Shown piece after piece: positions 1 through 8,800 of a DNA stretch of 31,459 nucleotides. The position numbers and the translations under genes are program-made. Where the stretch lies: contig JBKHIT010000060.1 in the NCBI GenBank assembly GCA_046538485.1, positions 1 to 31,459 on the forward strand, read 5' to 3'. The notes beneath the pieces were generated by a model that did no database searches, was not told the origin of the DNA, and saw nothing but the letters and a program-made list of their open reading frames with translations. Origin of the DNA: Candidatus Brocadiia bacterium. Lineage in GTDB: Bacteria; Planctomycetota; Brocadiia; SM23-32. How positions within the stretch are numbered: the stretch's first letter is position 1; every line of letters begins with the position of its first letter.

Positions 1-51
1 TCTCACCATTTGACAAACGTAGACTGAGTAACGAGCCATGACGGCTCACGC

Positions 52-153
52 ACCCCTTCGGGGTTTGGAAATTATGTGGGGTGCTCGAGTCCCGGGGCTT
101 GCCCGAACAACGGGCGCGCCCCGGGCTATGTCTCCGATCGCCCTGTCGGGGCT
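52..153 (-). repeat. Tri-hairpin REP-like element, copy 1
   Basis: Hairpins ACCCC-TTC-GGGGT (52-64), branched stem CCCGGGGC...GCCCCGGG (91-125) and GCCC-TGTCG-GGGC (140-152). Same layout as copies at 290, 24646 and 31090, in the opposite orientation. Confidence 0.7.
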
Positions 154-289
154 AAAATTAACACAGGGATGCTCAGGAAGTGGGCCATGCAAAGGTGGCC
201 CGCGTGGGTAGACTAAAGCCCCGGCAAGCAAAGCCCACGAAGTGGTCGTACAAATATAGCGTGGTGCGCAATGAACCCGAAGCCGGGAA

Positions 290-404
290 AGCCCACGAAG
301 TGGGCGGTGCAGAGTTAGCCCGGTGCGAAGGCGCGCCGTCGTTTGGCGCGCAAGCTCCGGGTTAGATCGGTGACCACAATATAAAAGCCCCCGAAGGGGG
401 CGAC
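290..404 (+). repeat. Tri-hairpin REP-like element, copy 2 (partial extra units at ~178-186 and ~231-247)
   Basis: GCCCAC-GAA-GTGGGC (291-305), AGCCCGG...CCGGGTT enclosing GCGCGCC/GGCGCGC (317-363), GCCCCC-GAA-GGGGGC-GAC (387-404). Confidence 0.7.
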
Positions 405-478
405 GCAGAGGTAGCTGCGGATTAATAGATACGGGCAGGATGTCTGCATGTGCTGAGCCCAAGGATACCGCTTCAGGG

Positions 479-583
479 GTCATTGCGAGTCCATCATAAG
501 ATGGTCGAAGGAATCTCGTCGTTTTTTCACCCCAACAGCGAGATTGCCGCGACGTCCCGCTGCGGGGAACGCCTCGCAATGAC
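479..583. repeat. 105-bp palindromic element (RPE/MITE-like)
   Basis: Perfect 11-bp terminal inverted repeat GTCATTGCGAG (479-489) / CTCGCAATGAC (573-583), plus inner AATCTCG/CGAGATT inverted pair. Confidence 0.75.
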
Positions 584-889
584 ATTTGGAGCTGAATGGG
601 TGAGTGTAACCCACGCTAAACTCATACGGCAGGAATGGCTGTTATACAGAAGACGCCAGGATCTCGTAGCCGGGCACTGCGCGGATGGCGATATCCCGGG
701 GCAGATTGTGGTCGGTCTTCAGCCCACCATGTTTTCGTTTGCATCTTTACTTCCCAAAACAGGGATGAATTACGAATTCTGCCCTCTGCTTGTGCAAAGG
801 AACAGCGCGCGTTAAGCTGAAGGCCTTTTGGCCGCTGCTGGAAGCATGCCTGAATGAATATCTCGTTTCCCTGACATAGAAAAAATACC

Positions 890-3190
890 ATGGAACACCG
901 CGTCTCAGCCCATCTGTCCGATTCGCTCCTTATCTGGGGGGATGTTACTGTCAACGGCAGTCATAAACTGGTTGCCGATCAGACGTGTTCGTTGGATATT
1001 ACGGTGAATCTGAAAAAATCGCTTCCGGCAGGTGCCAGATTCGAAGGATGGACGCATTTTGTCTCGGATATTCAACGCGCTCAGTGCGATACGCCGGACG
1101 CTCCCGGGTATTTTACTGCTGATTCACCCGACTGCGCCGTAGAAGCCTTTTCACTCCCGGACGCAAAGGTGCACGGGGAGGGCACTTTTTTTCCCTACCG
1201 CCGTTACGTTGGAGTCGAGCTGCCCCAGGGGGCCGAAGGAGGGGACCGCGTAGATTTCCAGGTCGACAATGTCCGCATGCAAACGTACGAAGAGACGCTT
1301 TTCAACGTCCGCTTCGCCATTTTGCAGGGCGACGATGAGTTGGTTGGTTACTTCGGCGATGCTTTCTACACGGTTGTCGGAGGCGAGGCTGAGTTTCTGA
1401 GGGTCGTCGCGCCGACTTGTGTGGCTGTTGGGGAGCCGTTTGAATGCAAAGTTGTCGTTTGTGACGCCCGGGGGAACAAGTGCGGCGATGCCGGCGAAAA
1501 CCTGCAGCTCCGGCTCTCAGCGCAGGAACCCGAAGGCGATTTCGCGAGCGGGGAAGCTGTATTCGACACGGAATGGCGACAGCACAGAATCGCTGAGTGC
1601 CGGATCGACTCTGAGGGTGTTTTTTACCTGTCCGCGGTGGCAGATGGACGGGAAGCCCTCGAAGGGGTCAGCAACCCCGTCGTTGCGCGCGAAGCGTGGG
1701 AGAACAAAATCTACTGGGGTGACTGGCATCAACACGCGTATTTTGCCGACGGCCGAGGGCGCCCGGCGGCGAATTACGAATATGCGATTTCGACGTCCTG
1801 TCTTGATTTCTGCTGCGTTTGTCCCCACCAGGAATTTACATTTACACCCGGTCTCTCGCATCTGAAGGTGGAAGAGGCCCCGGTGCAGAAAGGGTGGGAA
1901 GAACTGATTGAAGCGGCAGAGCAGTACAACGGAGACGAACTGGTGACGGTGCTCGGTTCAGAAGCTGGCAGCCTGGGGCCGCTTGCCGGACACATGAATT
2001 CGTACTACCTGGACCATTCCAATCGGCCTGAGTTGCAGCGGATTGCCGCGAAATCGGGATCGCCTCATAGCCGGCCCGAACTGAGTAGTTACGAAGAATA
2101 TTTGGAAGAACTTGAGGATTCCAGAGGCGAATTCTTATTGCTTCCGCACGCTCATGCATGCGGAGGTCCCGGGAAATTTGATCTGCCGGCCAGACCTGAA
2201 TATCAGACGAACGTCGAGATCGTCAGTGTCCATGGGGTTTTTGAGGAGTTCTACCGACAATGGTTGAAACACGGACACCTGGTTGGCGTCCACGGAGGTG
2301 GTGATAACCACATGACATCGACGGGCAGTGCAAACCCCGGACATCATTATCCAAATACAAACGGCCTGACAGGGGCATACGCGAGAACACTGACACGAAA
2401 AGGAATCTGGGATGCTTACAAAAATCGATCGACCTATTGTGTAACGGGCAATCAGCGCATTTTTCTCCAGTTGGAGGTTGATGGGAAAAGGATGGGGGAA
2501 ATCCTGCCGCCGACCGACGGAACGAAACAGGTGAACGTGGAGATTGCCGGGACGGCTCCCTTGCTGAAGGTGGAGTTGTTGAAGAACAACGCTATTTGCC
2601 GGACCTATCGCCCGTTTCCTGATGGCAGATCTTACCGTTTTTGCTGGACGGATTCGGTTCGTTCGCGACGTACCGATGACTCTCAGACAAGCGGAAGCAT
2701 TTCGGCTCCGGGGAGCTTGCTGTCTGTGGTGGACGCTATACACCAGTACAATCATACCGATCTTGTGACTCAGACGGACGGGGATATCATTTACCGTTCC
2801 AACGGTTATTCAGGCATCACTCGCGGCGTTGTGTTAGAAGCTGATAAACCTGTCGATGGATTTGTGTTTGCGGTTCAAGACGTTCATCTGGGGGAAAAAT
2901 GTCTGTCAGAAATCATTCAAATCGACGGAAGTGAGCTCCCGGTGAAAGTGGAGAAGAAATTGGATATGACGACCCGGGAGGAGCGTCCCTGTTTCCGGAA
3001 AGAACCGTCGCCTCATAAGTTCTTTTTGGAAGTCGATCCTGTCGATCCACATGGTCCGCGACGGGCCAGACTCGATTGGGAAATTGGGGGAGAAAGAGGT
3101 GATTTCTTTTATGTCCGCGCGGAGCAGATTGACGGAAATATCGCGTGGTCGAGTCCGATATGGATCGGTAATCCCCAGGATCTTGAATAG
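890..3190 (+). CDS. DUF3604 / PHP-like (CehA/McbA-type) metallohydrolase, 766 aa
   Basis: Long ORF with YWGDWHQH, GSE, GHMN, LPHAH, EIVSVHG and GGGDNH metal-ligand motifs, followed by LTGAYA..LTRKGIWDAYKNRSTYCVTG and C-terminal FYVRAEQIDGNIAWSSPIW, typical of this family. Exact start uncertain. Confidence 0.75.
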   Translation: MEHRVSAHLSDSLLIWGDVTVNGSHKLVADQTCSLDITVNLKKSLPAGARFEGWTHFVSDIQRAQCDTPDAPGYFTADSPDCAVEAFSLPDAKVHGEGTFFPYRRYVGVELPQGAEGGDRVDFQVDNVRMQTYEETLFNVRFAILQGDDELVGYFGDAFYTVVGGEAEFLRVVAPTCVAVGEPFECKVVVCDARGNKCGDAGENLQLRLSAQEPEGDFASGEAVFDTEWRQHRIAECRIDSEGVFYLSAVADGREALEGVSNPVVAREAWENKIYWGDWHQHAYFADGRGRPAANYEYAISTSCLDFCCVCPHQEFTFTPGLSHLKVEEAPVQKGWEELIEAAEQYNGDELVTVLGSEAGSLGPLAGHMNSYYLDHSNRPELQRIAAKSGSPHSRPELSSYEEYLEELEDSRGEFLLLPHAHACGGPGKFDLPARPEYQTNVEIVSVHGVFEEFYRQWLKHGHLVGVHGGGDNHMTSTGSANPGHHYPNTNGLTGAYARTLTRKGIWDAYKNRSTYCVTGNQRIFLQLEVDGKRMGEILPPTDGTKQVNVEIAGTAPLLKVELLKNNAICRTYRPFPDGRSYRFCWTDSVRSRRTDDSQTSGSISAPGSLLSVVDAIHQYNHTDLVTQTDGDIIYRSNGYSGITRGVVLEADKPVDGFVFAVQDVHLGEKCLSEIIQIDGSELPVKVEKKLDMTTREERPCFRKEPSPHKFFLEVDPVDPHGPRRARLDWEIGGERGDFFYVRAEQIDGNIAWSSPIWIGNPQDLE

Positions 3191-3250
3191 TAATGTTACG
3201 GATTGCCACCCTGGTAGTTTTGTCGTAGCCATAGAAATAAGGAGTAAGAT

Positions 3251-5854
3251 GTGAAGCGGAACGAAAAGTTTTCGGCCCGGGCGTTTGACGCGCCGCTTTT
3301 TATCCAAAATCCAGAACAACTCGTCACAAAGATCAATTCTGCCGAGGGGTTGCTCGCGAACTACTGGCAGGATTATCGTGAGCGGATTCTCGCAGACGAA
3401 GAAAACCGAAACGCGATGATTTATCTCGACGCGTTTCTCTCAGAAGAGAACCGGCAGGAAGCCTGTGAGCGATTGCAAAAGTATTTTCGCCGGCTTCCGA
3501 AACAGGACAATGCGGGAGGGGTTCAATTCCACACCTGGTGCCGATGCGGTTCGATAACACGGAGATCGGCGTTTTTCGATTGGCTTGCCTGGCGGGGAGC
3601 ATGGTCGGAAGATGAGATTGAGGAAGCGGCCGAATGTTTCCTCGGATTTGCGTTCAAGCACCCGTATATGGTTCTTTCTGCGCGATCACGTGCCAGCGAC
3701 AATCAGGCTATATCGATGGCGCTCCACTGCGCGGTCGTGGGATTTCTGTTTGGTTACAAGCTGGCCGATCATCCCACGGGGAAATTCTTGTTTGATTACG
3801 GAATGGGACGCATCCCGGACCTGATCGGTCTGTTCCCCGGGGATGGTTACAGCGGGGAAGGATCGACCTACACCTCTCGGGTCAATACCCCGCTGGCATA
3901 CTGGATGTGCGAGTTGCTGTCCCAGTTGACGGGCAGGGATTGGCAGGACGAGCCGTTTGAGCCAAACGGGACCACGCTGGGGAAGATGATCGAGATGGAA
4001 CTGCATCTGATGAGTCCCGGCGGTCTGCTCGCCCCGTGGGATCACTACGGCTGGCAGAAGGAGGTTAATGCGTCTCCTTTTGCGTATCTGGCACGGCTGA
4101 AAGACGATCCGAGATATTTATCCTTGATCGGTGCGATGGATATCTGGGGGGACTCCGGATATCTGGCATGGGGGGCTGACGATCCGATGTGGACATTGCT
4201 CTGGTGGCCGAAGCAGTATTTGGACTGGGATCGGTCTGATGTGCCCGAAGACCTTTTCACCTGGTTCCTCCCCCGGACTGGAGCGGCATTGGACGATGTG
4301 AAAAGGAAATCCCGATTGATGCAGGTGTGGGATCGTTCGGGGGAAACGATAGCGGGGCTGGGCCGCGCTCAGGTGAATCCAAACCACGTCATCTTCGAAT
4401 GGGATGGGGAACCTGTTTTCCAGGATGGTGTACCGGAGAAAGAGGATGATCCCTGGAGGTATCCTCCGGAGAAAGTGTTGGGCGTGCTGAGTGAAAAAGA
4501 GCGAGAGCGATATGTTGCTTATCGCCGGAGCATCGGCGGGAAAGATGCGACGCTGAAAAGCGTTACTCAGGGGGCGGAGCCGGGATTGATCGGGGCGGCT
4601 AACGCGATTGTTGTGGACGATGAGCCCTGGTTTTGGCCCCCAGAATCCCGTGTGGGAAATGCGAAGTTTTTCCAAATGCGGGATGGAATCCAGGCAGTAT
4701 GCGCAGAATGCCAGAATTTTTACCAGCCGACCTATGACGTCACACTGGCCCGCCGGAGCTGTCTGTGGGCGGACCGGGGCATTGGTTTGATAGTGGATGA
4801 GCTTAAAGCTCAGTCGTCCCATACCTGGCGTTGGCAGACTTATCTGCGTCCCGGTGCTGAGCTGAACGGTCAGCAGGTCAGGATCTCACTGGCGACCGAA
4901 AAGGAAGTTTTCCTTGCGTGGGAAGATGGAGCCGGAGAATTGCGGCAGTTTGAAGGTTTTCCAAAAACGCAGGAGGGACGTAGCGTTCGACTTGACCGGA
5001 AGAAGAAGGGTCAAGAAATATCTTTTGTGACAGCCGTCGGGCTGGGTTTCAAGACGCTTGATACGCGATGGGTGGGCGAGAGAGTTGTAGAAGTGGAAGC
5101 CGATGGCGAGAAACATCTATTTGTCGTGGCCAACTTCGAGGGACAGCCGTGTTCTGCCGGGGGCAAGCAGATTACAGCATCTTTTGCCTGGTTGAATTCC
5201 AGCGGGACCTGTATCGAATTATATGAAGGAGAAGCAGGAAAAATAGAGCCAGACACAAACCGGCTGCCCGATATTGTGGAAGAAAGGTGTTTGCAGAAAC
5301 CCGAGATCCGAGGGTTGGTTCCTTGGAGTGCCTCCGGCAAAATTAGCGGTGATGGGCTTCTTTCCGAGCTGGACGAGTGTCTTGAGGAATTGGCAAAAGA
5401 TTCAGCAGATGTAGGAAAATTGGAAAAAAGATTGTCGGCGTCAAGGTGGCCTGTCCAGGCGGCTGCAGCGGACGTTTTAGGGCGCAGTGGTGCAGAAGAT
5501 GCGGCGTCTGTTCTCCGCGACAAATTGGAGCAAGAACATGCTATTGCGGAAAGTGAGCTTTATCCGAAGATGGATTCGCCGGACGATGAGACGGCTGCCA
5601 AACGATGGCGCCTGAAGATGATTTTAATTCAGGCGCTTGGTCGCCTGGGGGATGAAAAGGCGGTTGGGTTGTTGGGTCAAATTTTGAGCGATGGTCGCGA
5701 TTTTTACACGGTGTACAGTGCCACGGCTCAGGCTCTCGGTCGTATCGGGGGAAAGGAGGCGCTTGAAGCGCTGGGACCGGCTTTTGAAGAGAATGAGATC
5801 AACACTAGGACGAGGGCACTGGCCGCGCGTCGATACAAGGAAAGAAGAGAATAA
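3251..5854 (+). CDS. Heparinase II/III-like (alpha/alpha toroid + beta-sandwich) protein with C-terminal HEAT/PBS-lyase repeats, 867 aa
   Basis: RBS AAGGAG before GTG start. DGYSGEGSTY resembles the DGxxxEGxxY lyase motif, and NHVIFEWDGEPVFQDG / ANAIVVD match the Hepar_II_III pattern. C-terminal AAAADVLGR, IQALGRLGDEKAV and AQALGRIGGKEA are HEAT repeats. Confidence 0.6.
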   Translation: MKRNEKFSARAFDAPLFIQNPEQLVTKINSAEGLLANYWQDYRERILADEENRNAMIYLDAFLSEENRQEACERLQKYFRRLPKQDNAGGVQFHTWCRCGSITRRSAFFDWLAWRGAWSEDEIEEAAECFLGFAFKHPYMVLSARSRASDNQAISMALHCAVVGFLFGYKLADHPTGKFLFDYGMGRIPDLIGLFPGDGYSGEGSTYTSRVNTPLAYWMCELLSQLTGRDWQDEPFEPNGTTLGKMIEMELHLMSPGGLLAPWDHYGWQKEVNASPFAYLARLKDDPRYLSLIGAMDIWGDSGYLAWGADDPMWTLLWWPKQYLDWDRSDVPEDLFTWFLPRTGAALDDVKRKSRLMQVWDRSGETIAGLGRAQVNPNHVIFEWDGEPVFQDGVPEKEDDPWRYPPEKVLGVLSEKERERYVAYRRSIGGKDATLKSVTQGAEPGLIGAANAIVVDDEPWFWPPESRVGNAKFFQMRDGIQAVCAECQNFYQPTYDVTLARRSCLWADRGIGLIVDELKAQSSHTWRWQTYLRPGAELNGQQVRISLATEKEVFLAWEDGAGELRQFEGFPKTQEGRSVRLDRKKKGQEISFVTAVGLGFKTLDTRWVGERVVEVEADGEKHLFVVANFEGQPCSAGGKQITASFAWLNSSGTCIELYEGEAGKIEPDTNRLPDIVEERCLQKPEIRGLVPWSASGKISGDGLLSELDECLEELAKDSADVGKLEKRLSASRWPVQAAAADVLGRSGAEDAASVLRDKLEQEHAIAESELYPKMDSPDDETAAKRWRLKMILIQALGRLGDEKAVGLLGQILSDGRDFYTVYSATAQALGRIGGKEALEALGPAFEENEINTRTRALAARRYKERRE

Positions 5855-5881
5855 TGCCGGAGGGGAAAATGTACGATGCGA

Positions 5882-8800
5882 TTACTGAGAGATAACTTTA
5901 CACTTCGGGTGAGCTTTTTTGAAGGCAAGAATTTCCTCGCGGGGCAGAGCCATACATTCGCGTACACGGAGAAGACGGAGGTGTTTGAGTCCCATAATTG
6001 GTTGCAGTTCTGATATTTTTGGACACCGAGAAAGGTTCAGTCGAGCGAGTGTATCCAGTTTGCCGAGGGGACGAATATCGGAAATCCCTCGACAACCTTC
6101 GAGACTGAGTTGGCGAACCTTTTGTAGCAGCACAATGCCTCGAATATCCTCAAGGTCAGTGCATTCTCGGAGCAGTAACTGCTCAAGATGGGGGAGACTT
6201 TTGCAAATAACGGCAAGGTCTTTATCGCTGATGTTGGTTGGCACGCTGACCCTCTGGAGTTCTGAAAGCGCACATATGGGTTGCACTGTAACGATCTTGC
6301 TGCAGTTGGAGAGTTGCAAAGCTTTGAGATTTTGGAGCGAGCGAAGAGGAGAAATATCTCGGACACTCGAACAATGGGAAAGGTCAAGATGCAGAAGTGT
6401 CTGTAACTTTCCGAGCGGATTGATATCATGAATGGCGCTTGACCGAGAAAGGTCAAGCTTAACCAGATTAGGTTGCTGGATAGGAGAGATGTCTTTAACA
6501 CTGTTGCAGTTGCTTACAGATAGACGTGTGATTTTATTGAGACCGGATATTGCCTCGATATTTTCCACGCCCTCGCAGTGCGTAATTTCAAGGCGTTTCA
6601 GGTTAGTTAACTCTGCAATGGGCGAGAGATCTTCTACTTCGGGGCAATCTGCGATAATCAAACACTGGAGAGTTTCCATCCCCGAGAGGGGGGTCAGGTC
6701 TTTGATCGTTTCACTCCATGAGATGTACAGCGATTTGAGAGGACGATTTTGATCCGCGATCCATTCCAGATCTTCATCGCTGATTTCGCTGACATCAAGG
6801 GCTTCGACGGCCGGCAATTTTTCAAGATGGAAAAGTTCATCCGCTGTATCCATCGATAGGGTTCGGATATTCCGCAGAACTTTAGGAGACGCGCCTTCGA
6901 CCCAATCAATGGCATCGACGGCTGCGAGATTGACACCGATCGTTGCTCTGTCTTTACGCCTCATTAATCGGCCTTTTTTGACCCCGAATTTGAGGTTTTC
7001 CCGGGGTTCTCCTTCATGATGGACCCAGTGCCAGACGTTATGGCCAGCTTTAACTTCAATGACCCGAGCTTTGCCTTCCGGTACCACGGCCGCTGGCGGC
7101 GGTACTTCTTCTTTTTCTTCTTCTTCGGCCTGGGACGTGCCCATCAACAAAGCCATACCAAGTTCCGGGATTTCCGAAGCTGGTGTCCATTCGTCCATAT
7201 TTTCGTTACGGACTTTGGCATTTCCCGGGAGCTTGCCCTCCTCCGCAACTTCGACAAGTTGATCAAGGGGAACGGGCCCCAGTTCCTTTTCCCCAATGAG
7301 GCAGAACCACTGAATTTCAGCCTCTGTTTTTTCTTCGGTGACTGTTTCACTGGCTTCTTCGGCGGCCATTTCGATTTCGGCAGCAGCTTCTTCTGCGAGA
7401 GCGGCTTCCGTTTCGCCGACTGTGGCTTCTTCCGCCATTTCGGATTCCTCAGCGGTTGGCGCCTCTTCTGCGGCCGTTTCCTCGGTGGTAGTTGGGGGTT
7501 GGGGTTCAAAGGTTTCTTCAGTTATTTCCTCCATGGGCTCCACCGGTTCTTCTATTGGAGGGGCTTCTTCAATCGGGGCCTGTTCGCCAGCGAAGTTTTC
7601 AAGAGCTTCGGGTTCTTCCTCGAAGGGTTCTTCTGCAATATCCTGTTCAACAGCTTCGACAAAGACGGTTTCCTGTTCGTTAAATTCTTCTGCTTCTGGT
7701 TCTTCGGTTGCCGCTGCGGCAACAGCTTCCTCCTCTTTCTCGGCTGCTTCAGTTTCACGCTCCGCTGCTTCAATTTGGGCGTTTGCCGCCTCTATGCTGG
7801 CGGTGAGGTCTTCGTCGGTTTCAGGCGGCTCTTCGCCAGCTTCGAGAAGTTTTCTACCAAATATCTCGTCAGCATGCGGTGCAAGGTCTGCGGCCGCTCC
7901 ATTCAGCCCTGTCAATTGCCGGGGACGAATGGTATCGCCCAGTGCCCGTGTGGTCTGGTGCGGAACGGTTAGGATCCCAATGGCCCCAGGTTGGGTTACG
8001 TACCGCAGTGTGTCCATTGTTACAGCGTGCAGGCGGGCGGAGCCGTTAACGGCTTCAAATTCGAAGGATGGTAGTGTTTCCGTCCCATGGGGGGGCAGAG
8101 GCTTAAAGGGCACGGTACCAGAACCCCATCCAGCGGTAAGTTGCGAGCTGGATATAAAGCGTGTTTCCCTATCGGGACTCAAAGCCCCACCCAATTCAGC
8201 TTCATCAGGTTGTTCTTCTGCGGATTCAGGAACGTATTGAGAAGTTTTCTCGATACCATCAGGCCTTTCGGGCCGGAGCTGCCCCATATATTTGGCCGGA
8301 GCCGCTTCAATTTGTGAGGCTTCAGAATCGGGTCCTTCTATGTGGGGTACATCGCTGCTTTCGAGGCTTTCTTTGGAAGGGCCTGAACTTGTTGTTGGGC
8401 GGAATTTGATCTCACGTTTTGGAGAGGGGACAAGAGAGCCCGCCTTTTCCCCTTCCAGATGAATCTTTGTTTGTGGCATATCTTGCAGTTCAAATCTTCC
8501 CTGCCTTTGTACGGTCTTCTGTAGGTCGACCTCCGACGGTGTCGGCTGGCCGGCTTCCATACTGTATTCGACCGGTTGTTCACCGGTAACGTCTACTGAT
8601 GGAGTTTCGGCTGCCAGGGAGTGACCTGAAGATGCTATTGGCCTGATGGCGAAATCAGCCGAACCTGCCATCAATTTTTGGGAAAATGCTACAGGCGAGG
8701 CTTGCCCCTCTGGTTGTTCGATAGAAGGGGCTTCGGCCTGACCAGTAACGCTCCCCAATTGCGCTTCACCAAGCCGCGGAGAAGTTTCTTCGGGTAGAAC

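Noticed and set aside
46..954. Several 60-180-aa ORFs in the left intergenic region
   Set aside because: They translate palindromic repeats (e.g. MSLRGVP from the TIR). No RBS or recognisable domain.
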